DNA from: Sedimentisphaerales bacterium | GTDB taxonomy: Bacteria; Planctomycetota; Phycisphaerae; Sedimentisphaerales; Anaerobacaceae | Direction: 5' to 3' | DNA: 64,000 nt | NCBI GenBank assembly: GCA_040772485.1 | Contig: JAXGYC010000011.1 | Span: forward strand, 1 to 64,000 | Shown: positions 57,724 to 64,000 of the stretch, one piece after another | How positions within the stretch are numbered: the first letter of the stretch is position 1 | Layout of the letters: the number at the start of each line of letters is the position of its first letter | Notes under the pieces: generated by a model | The model's input: the letters and a program-made list of their open reading frames with translations, nothing else | Told to the model about the DNA's origin: nothing | The model's database searches: none | Position numbers and translations under genes: made by a program

Positions 57724-59793
57724 TCAGCTCTTCGCCGGCAGGGTGACCGTGAACGTGCTTCCGTGACCCGCCCGGCTCTCGACCCGAATCGTCCCGGCGT
57801 GAGCATCGACGATGAACTTCGCGATGCTCAGACCCAAACCGCAGCCTTCGGCCCGGCGCGACAGTGTGCGGTCTACCTGGTAAAACCGGCTGAAGATCCG
57901 TTTGATCGCCCGACGGGGAATACCCATGCCGTTGTCCGAAACCGCGAACCGAACCGACTGATTCTCACTTGTAACACGCAGCGCAATGTGTTTGTCGTCG
58001 CGCGAGTACTTGTACGCGTTGTCGAGCAGGTTGACCAGGACCGTGACCATCGCATCCGGATCGGCCATGACGTCGGGCAACCCCTCGGAAACCTCCGTCT
58101 CGAAATGACAGTTGGGCCGGTCGAACTTGGTGCGGACGGCCTCGGCGGCATTGTGCGCGATCACCGCCGGAGAGGCCCGGCGGATCTGAAAGGCCTGCTT
58201 GTTGCGTTCCATCCGCGAGAACGTCAGGAAGTTGTCGATCAGCCGGCTGAGCCGCCCGTTCTCCTTTGAGATCAGTTGCAGATAATCCGTCACCTGCTGC
58301 TGGTCCCGATAGTGGCCCTCCAGCAGCGTGTCGACCAGGACACGCATCGAGGCCAGAGGCGTCTTGAGCTCGTGCGTCACCGTGGCGATGAAGTCATTCT
58401 TGAGCCGGTTGAGCTTGACCTGCTTGCCGATGGACCGGGCGGCCACCGCGCCGCAGATGAGGATCAACAGAATCACGAGGGTGCCGGTCCAGGTGTAAAC
58501 GGCGATGCGCTGCCCGGCCGCCCGATCGAGCACATCCCCTTCCTTGAAGAACAGCTCGATCTTCCAGTTCGGGAGATGGGCTCCGACCGGACCGGCCGCA
58601 AAGGGCTCGGCTGGGAACTCCGCCGGCCCCATGACGAGCCGACCCTCTTCGTCCAGAATATGGCATTCGACGTAGTCGTTCGGGAAGACGCCGATGAACT
58701 CATTGAGCGCCGCACGGACGGTCTGGTCCGAAAGCAGGGCAAGACTGACCGTCCGACCGGACCTGTGCACAAGGCCGTATGAAATCTCATCTCCCATCTT
58801 CATCGGGTGCAACTGGTCCGGCTTCCATGTCTCGAAGTCCGCCATCGTTCCAAACCGTTCGGCCAGCGCCAGCGACCGTTCCTCGAATTCGACCCTCTTT
58901 GCCAGCGGCGTGCCGCCGATCAGCAGCCGGCGCGATCGGAGGCGAGGGCTTTGGCGCGCGAGGTCCATTGCCTTGCGTGCCAGAAAGAGATTCTGATCGG
59001 CCGGCAGCGACACACCTGCCTGGTTCGGCTGATACAGCATTTCCAGTAGTTTGGAGAACGTCTCTTCGAACAGGTCATCGTACTGCGCGCGGTCCTGCAT
59101 CCAGGTCAGCATCAGTAGTCGCGCGTTGGCGATCCGCGAGAGAATGCCGGTATCCGTGCCGTCGGCGAGGGCACTGAAGGCGACCTGTCGGCACACGGCG
59201 ACCGCCTCACCGATTCGGTCGAGCTTGGCCAGACAGCGGGCCTGTCCGATCAGGGCGTCGAACAGTCCGCGATCGTCCAGCGGCGGGTTCTTGCCGACCC
59301 ATTCCGCCAGACGCCGACGATAGCCGGAGGCCGAAAGAGCGTGCTGCTCGTACAGAGCCGCCGCTCCCGCGTAATCCCGATCCACGAACTCCGACCGCCA
59401 GGCGTCGGCCAGGACCTCGGAAGAATTGCTCGCGCGGTCGGCCTCGCTGGAAGACACGGGGTACAGACGCCGGCCCGATGGATCATGCATCAACAGTGCA
59501 TCGCAGTCGCCCTGGGCGACAATCTCCGCCAGAAGACGATACGGATGAGCCTCGTCGTCTTCGAGCCGCCGACAGCGCCGGGCCCATTCGTCGTCGGCCT
59601 TGCGTCGGGCTTTCTCCAGTTGGTCGTTATGCAGCAGGACGAGCTTCTGGCGGATCACGAAACGCTCGTTGTCGATCGCCTCGTTCATGAACCAGAGCAA
59701 ACAGACGGTGGGCAGCACCACCGCCACCGCGAGCAGCGATACCACCCACCGATATTGGCCGTAGTCCGCGTTGAGTTTCAGCCGTCGTCGCAC
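57724..59793 (-). CDS. Sensor histidine kinase with two TM segments and a large helical periplasmic domain
   Basis: H-box THELKTPL, N-box NLLDNAYKY, DNGMG, GCGLGL. Confidence 0.95.
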   Translation of the reverse strand: MRRRLKLNADYGQYRWVVSLLAVAVVLPTVCLLWFMNEAIDNERFVIRQKLVLLHNDQLEKARRKADDEWARRCRRLEDDEAHPYRLLAEIVAQGDCDALLMHDPSGRRLYPVSSSEADRASNSSEVLADAWRSEFVDRDYAGAAALYEQHALSASGYRRRLAEWVGKNPPLDDRGLFDALIGQARCLAKLDRIGEAVAVCRQVAFSALADGTDTGILSRIANARLLMLTWMQDRAQYDDLFEETFSKLLEMLYQPNQAGVSLPADQNLFLARKAMDLARQSPRLRSRRLLIGGTPLAKRVEFEERSLALAERFGTMADFETWKPDQLHPMKMGDEISYGLVHRSGRTVSLALLSDQTVRAALNEFIGVFPNDYVECHILDEEGRLVMGPAEFPAEPFAAGPVGAHLPNWKIELFFKEGDVLDRAAGQRIAVYTWTGTLVILLILICGAVAARSIGKQVKLNRLKNDFIATVTHELKTPLASMRVLVDTLLEGHYRDQQQVTDYLQLISKENGRLSRLIDNFLTFSRMERNKQAFQIRRASPAVIAHNAAEAVRTKFDRPNCHFETEVSEGLPDVMADPDAMVTVLVNLLDNAYKYSRDDKHIALRVTSENQSVRFAVSDNGMGIPRRAIKRIFSRFYQVDRTLSRRAEGCGLGLSIAKFIVDAHAGTIRVESRAGHGSTFTVTLPAKS

Positions 59794-59821
59794 GGGCTAC
59801 CTCGTTGATTTTGCGCCATCG

Positions 59822-62800
59822 TCATTTGCCTGCCAGCTCGGCGATCTGGGCCGCGTCGAGGGCGTAGTTGTACAGACGCACCTCATCGACGGTCCCACGG
59901 AAGCATTCAGCGTCCCTGGCGTGCCTGGCCAGCTTCAAGGTTTCGCCCTCGGCGTTCGGAACGCCGGAGGGATCGGAGTTGTCCGTGATCAGGACACTGT
60001 TCTTGTAGGCTTTGAGATTCTCCCCATCGTACGTGGCCGCCATATGATACCACGTGTCGGCTTCCAAGTCCCCGAAGCTGGCGCCATGCCATACGCCATC
60101 GATGCAGACGGCGGCGGCACCACGAAACGTGTCAACCATATGATCCCAGTTGATCTGGTAGTTCTTTTCGCGATGAACAGGCCCCGTCTGCCTGTCGTCC
60201 GTAGGGGCCGCAGGGCTCTTGACCCATGCTGCGATCGTCCACGTGGGTGTGTCGGTGTTGTATCCGGTGTCCACGTAGTCATCCTGGCCATCGAACGCCA
60301 GCGCGCCGCCGACCTTGCCGCCGGCGGGCTGCCACGTGGGATCGCCCTCAAGCCTGCCTGTGCGCTCGTTGCCTGAGGCATCGCCTGCCTCGTCGCCCGA
60401 GCTTTCGTCGAGCTTCCACCAGCCGACCAGGCCGAGCGGCTGGGCGACGCCAAAGGCCCTGGTATTCTGCCAGGCGTCGTCCTCGACCGCGTTCCAGGCG
60501 AGTTTGGAATCCCGCTCGCCGCCGCCGTCGTCGTCATTGACCTGGACGTCGAATCCGATCGAAACGCCCGGCGAGCATTTCGCCTTCAGCACGTTCCAGG
60601 GGAAGCGGACCTCCAGCCGATAGCCGTTGTCGGTCCTGGCAAACTTGTACTCGGTTCCGTCGGCCCGTTCCTGGCCGCCCCTGCCCATCGTGGGCGAGGT
60701 CGCATCCCATACGAAGAAGTACTGGTAGTCATTATCGTCGTAATCGCCCGACCGGCTGTTGTCGGCGTCGATGAAGATCTCCACGCCGTCATCGCACCAG
60801 AATTCGGACGAGTCGTTGCACAGGTCGTCGTCAGCGACCTCGACCAGGACGTAGAGATTGTCCTTGTCGTGCAGCGTTTTGAAGGAAGCCGAGCAATCGC
60901 TGTCATCTGCGACGGAATCGTAGAAGTTGTGCTCCAGCGCGTACGCCTGGGCCTTGTCCCAACAACCGTCCACCTTGCCGTCGATGGCGGGAGCCTGGTC
61001 GGTCGGCGCGATGCCTGCGAAGGACACCGGTTCGGCGCCCCACTCCTCGTCCCGACCTTCGATCTCCGACATGCCGTCGGCAATCTGCTTGATCGGAGCA
61101 ATCAGTCTGGAGATCGGGGGCAGGTTGTCCACGCTCAGATGCACGGCGAAGCTGTTGGCCTCTTCGCTGGTCTGGAGCCGCACCGTCGTCTTGGCGCTGG
61201 CCTGAGCCAGTTGGGCCATCGCCTCACGCACGCGGTCGGCCACTGCACCCGAGGGAAGCTCCATATTCTCGACGGCGAACTGCATCGCTCCCGCGACGTT
61301 CAGCACGGCCAGTTTGCTGGTCGTCTCCGCCAGTGACTTCAGGGTCTCCTGCAACGGGCCGCCCTTGAGCGCGCCGGCGCGCTGTCTGGCGGCGCTGATG
61401 GACGCATCGACCAGATCGGAACTCAGGGACAGGACGGTGACCTTGCCGGCCTGGTCCATGTACCCGAAGAGCTTCTGTTGGTTCGGCAGGGTGAAATCAA
61501 ATCGCCCACCCGTCGGCTGCGTTTCCTCAGTGACCACGTTGGCCGAACGCAGCGTCGAACTGAGAATCTGATAGGTCTGTTGAGGATCGACGCTGGTGAT
61601 CGCCAGACCGATGGACTTGATCTGAGGCGGCATGTCCTCGCTCAGTTGCTCGGTCGGCTTTCGGAACGGCACGGCAAACAGCGTGATCTGCTCGATGTTG
61701 TCGAACAACTGCGCCCCAATATCCAGGCCCATCGCATTGCGGATCTGCTCGCTGACCGCCGCCGCCTGCGGGGTGCCCGACTCGCCCACGCCCAGCGAGA
61801 TCAGTGCGATCGCATCCGACGGCACGGCGTCGAGCGCCGCCATGTTGAGCCGCGGCGTGCGAATCAGGTTGTAGGCCAGGCAATTGTGCCCTTCCTTGAG
61901 ATGGACGTTGGCGTCCAGCGCCAGGCCCGACGGGCGAATCGACAGCGAAGCGATGACGTCGTCGATGTTCTGGAGATCGGCGAAATGCTCCGCCATGTGC
62001 AGCTCTTCCGGCATCGCATCCGGCGGAAGGATTGCTTTGAGATTCTGGTACGCCTCGTCGGCATTGAACCAGACCGTCAGCATGTTGTCCTGCCGGGCCT
62101 TCTTACCGATCTTGGCGAACGACTTGTTGCTGGAGGCCAGCGACGGCTCCTTGACGAGGCCCCTGTACTGCTTGACCGACCATTGGAGCAGCTCAGCGCC
62201 TCTGTGGCTCGGACTGGTCACGATGATCACGGTGTCATCGTAGGCCGCGCCGCCGCCATCGCCGAATGACAGCGTCGTCATTCCCTCGATGGCCTGCGCG
62301 GGCTGGCCGACGAAGCCCAAACCCATCTGAATGATCCCGCGCAGCACATCGCTCTTGCCGGGATACAGGACCGCAATCGCCGGCGGATTGTTCTGGGTGA
62401 TCCCGGTAATGCCGATACCGATGCCACGGATCTTCTTGAACTCGGCCATCATGCTCGGATTCATCAGCGACCCGATGATCTGCTGCGGCCCTCTCTGCCC
62501 TTCGTTGGACTGATTCTGCCCGATCATGGCCAGCGGGTTCTCGAACGGGGTATCCTTGAGCATGCTGAGAATGGTCTCGACCTGCTTTCCCGGGCTGCCG
62601 ATCTCGATGTAGGCCAGGGTATCCGGAGGCATCAGACTGGCCGGGTCGGCATTGCCCAGTTCGTCCAGCAGCGGCTTGACCTTCTCGATCAACTGCGTCT
62701 GATCGCCGTAATCGGCCGCCAGTCTGCGGAACGCCGCCGTGGCCTCTATCTCGTCTTTTCTCTTCATGTGACACATGCCCAGACGATACAGGGCCTGCGC

Positions 62801-62995
62801 CACCTGCTCTCGCGGCGCCGAAGCGTCGGCGATGATCTGCTTGTACACGCCGATGGCCGCGTCGAGATCTCCCTCCACCTCCTCGGAGTACAGGCCCTCC
62901 CGCAACAGCACCGACGCCGACTTGGCCAGGGCGATCGCGCCGACCACGCCGACGAGCACCAGCAGAATGATGGTGAACGGCTTTGTCTTTCTCAT
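59822..62995 (-). CDS. Exported TPR / CBM9-like sugar-binding / LamG multidomain protein
   Basis: AAAGGAG RBS; TPR-like AQALYRLG; CBM9-like PAIDG.VD..W, DDGVEIFID, GFDVQVNDDD; LamG LVGWWKLDE...FRGTVDEVRLY. Confidence 0.85.
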   Translation of the reverse strand: MRKTKPFTIILLVLVGVVGAIALAKSASVLLREGLYSEEVEGDLDAAIGVYKQIIADASAPREQVAQALYRLGMCHMKRKDEIEATAAFRRLAADYGDQTQLIEKVKPLLDELGNADPASLMPPDTLAYIEIGSPGKQVETILSMLKDTPFENPLAMIGQNQSNEGQRGPQQIIGSLMNPSMMAEFKKIRGIGIGITGITQNNPPAIAVLYPGKSDVLRGIIQMGLGFVGQPAQAIEGMTTLSFGDGGGAAYDDTVIIVTSPSHRGAELLQWSVKQYRGLVKEPSLASSNKSFAKIGKKARQDNMLTVWFNADEAYQNLKAILPPDAMPEELHMAEHFADLQNIDDVIASLSIRPSGLALDANVHLKEGHNCLAYNLIRTPRLNMAALDAVPSDAIALISLGVGESGTPQAAAVSEQIRNAMGLDIGAQLFDNIEQITLFAVPFRKPTEQLSEDMPPQIKSIGLAITSVDPQQTYQILSSTLRSANVVTEETQPTGGRFDFTLPNQQKLFGYMDQAGKVTVLSLSSDLVDASISAARQRAGALKGGPLQETLKSLAETTSKLAVLNVAGAMQFAVENMELPSGAVADRVREAMAQLAQASAKTTVRLQTSEEANSFAVHLSVDNLPPISRLIAPIKQIADGMSEIEGRDEEWGAEPVSFAGIAPTDQAPAIDGKVDGCWDKAQAYALEHNFYDSVADDSDCSASFKTLHDKDNLYVLVEVADDDLCNDSSEFWCDDGVEIFIDADNSRSGDYDDNDYQYFFVWDATSPTMGRGGQERADGTEYKFARTDNGYRLEVRFPWNVLKAKCSPGVSIGFDVQVNDDDGGGERDSKLAWNAVEDDAWQNTRAFGVAQPLGLVGWWKLDESSGDEAGDASGNERTGRLEGDPTWQPAGGKVGGALAFDGQDDYVDTGYNTDTPTWTIAAWVKSPAAPTDDRQTGPVHREKNYQINWDHMVDTFRGAAAVCIDGVWHGASFGDLEADTWYHMAATYDGENLKAYKNSVLITDNSDPSGVPNAEGETLKLARHARDAECFRGTVDEVRLYNYALDAAQIAELAGK

Positions 62996-63068
62996 GGCTC
63001 CACTCCTTTCAATAGGACCAAGTTAGCAGTGACGGTTCGTTTTGCACAAGCGTAATATGCCGACGGAG

Positions 63069-63085
63069 TGTTACCGATCTGTTAC
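63069..63085 (-). promoter_or_regulatory. Putative OmpR-family binding box
   Basis: Perfect direct repeat GTAACA-N5-GTAACA (11-bp period), about 75 nt upstream of the operon start. Confidence 0.55.
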
Positions 63086-63226
63086 GGGGGCGCGCCTTTT
63101 CGGTGACTTTTCGCGAGGGGAAGGAAGGGCATGCAGGGATGCTTTGTGCAGCCGGCGGAGAGAAGAAGGTGGCACCGGACAATCAGCGATTGCCGATGCC
63201 ACCGGTGATCTCAGTTTCGGGGACGC

Positions 63227-64000
63227 TCACTTCGATTTCTCCGGGGTCTTTCCCTGCTCGGGCGGGGTCTGCTGCACGTTGGTCGTGCGGCCCTTGTCCG
63301 GCTTCTCCGTCGTGTCGCCGAGATACTGCGGCAGCTCCACGCCGGCCATGCCCGCCACCTCGTGCAGCGGTGGAATCGACCGGATCAGGCCCGAGAGGAA
63401 GTTGGCGGTCGAAGAGGTGCCTTTCTCGTTGTTGCCCGAGTCCCAGACGGTGACCTTGTCGATCTTGATGTTCTTGATGGCCTCCACCTGGCGGGCCACG
63501 ATGTCCTCGATCTTCTCGATCATCAGCAGGGTCGAAGCGGCCCGGGCGTCGCCGTTGCAGCTCTTGACGAGGGCCTGATAGCCGGCGGCCTTGCTGTCGA
63601 GCACCTGGCGAATGCCCTTGGCCTCCGCCTCGTACTTCGCCAAGGTCGCGTCGGCCTGCCCCTTCGCCTCGCGGCGGTACTTCTCCGCCTGGGCCTCAGC
63701 CGCAATCTCGACCTTGCGCCGCTCGATCTCCTGCCGCACCACTTCCTCGGCGTTCAGACGTTCCTGCTCAGCGAGGTACTGGGCCTTCTGGATGGCCACC
63801 TCCGCCTTGCGCTTGGCGACCTCGCCCTTCTCGAAGGCCTCGGCCTGTTTGGCCGCCAGTTCCGCGTTGTACTCGGCGATCTCCGCCTTGGCCTTGTTCT
63901 CACCGTCGACGGCCAGCGATTCCTGCTGCTGAACGAAGATGCGCTGACTGGCTTGGGCCTGCTTCTCGCCCTTGACCGCCTCGGCCTCCTGCTGCTGGAC
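63227..64000 (-). CDS. Flotillin-like (SPFH) protein, 5' end outside the window
   Basis: Frame open to the window edge; AEAEA-type coiled coil, QVEAIKNIKIDKVTVWD, SIPPLHE. Confidence 0.85.
   Translation of the reverse strand, partial: VQQQEAEAVKGEKQAQASQRIFVQQQESLAVDGENKAKAEIAEYNAELAAKQAEAFEKGEVAKRKAEVAIQKAQYLAEQERLNAEEVVRQEIERRKVEIAAEAQAEKYRREAKGQADATLAKYEAEAKGIRQVLDSKAAGYQALVKSCNGDARAASTLLMIEKIEDIVARQVEAIKNIKIDKVTVWDSGNNEKGTSSTANFLSGLIRSIPPLHEVAGMAGVELPQYLGDTTEKPDKGRTTNVQQTPPEQGKTPEKSK

Overview
GC-rich bacterial DNA. The gene content (expanded secreted discoidin/LamG proteins, lamin-tail/CotH kinases, HEAT proteins, Tat-exported Gfo/Idh/MocA, DUF1080) resembles Planctomycetota, possibly Phycisphaerae/Sedimentisphaerales; this is inference from content only. 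Left to right: two divergent secreted S8 proteases; a STAS protein; an unknown membrane protein; a tandem array of four secreted paralogs with different N-terminal heads on a shared C-terminal body ending DDIGYGRPAA(D/E); a ~22 kb minus-strand carbohydrate locus (GH27, GGQ release-factor-like protein, GH2, GH43, BASS transporter, enolase-superfamily gene split by one in-frame TAG, DUF1080-RraA fusion, orphan sugar-binding lipoprotein next to a Na+/solute symporter, a GH9-GH95 fusion interrupted by an intact IS4-family element, HEAT protein, Gfo/Idh/MocA); a 7xPPC protein with a low-GC LamG tip; a HEAT protein; two CotH-like kinases; a two-component locus with two OmpR-type regulators and a TPR/CBM9/LamG partner; and a partial flotillin. 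No rRNA, tRNA, CRISPR array or reverse transcriptase was seen. The best candidates for new biology are the variable-head/constant-body surface protein array, the apparently swapped LamG tip, the binding-protein plus SSS transporter pair, and an exported sugar-acid pathway. Family assignments come from motif recognition, not database searches.
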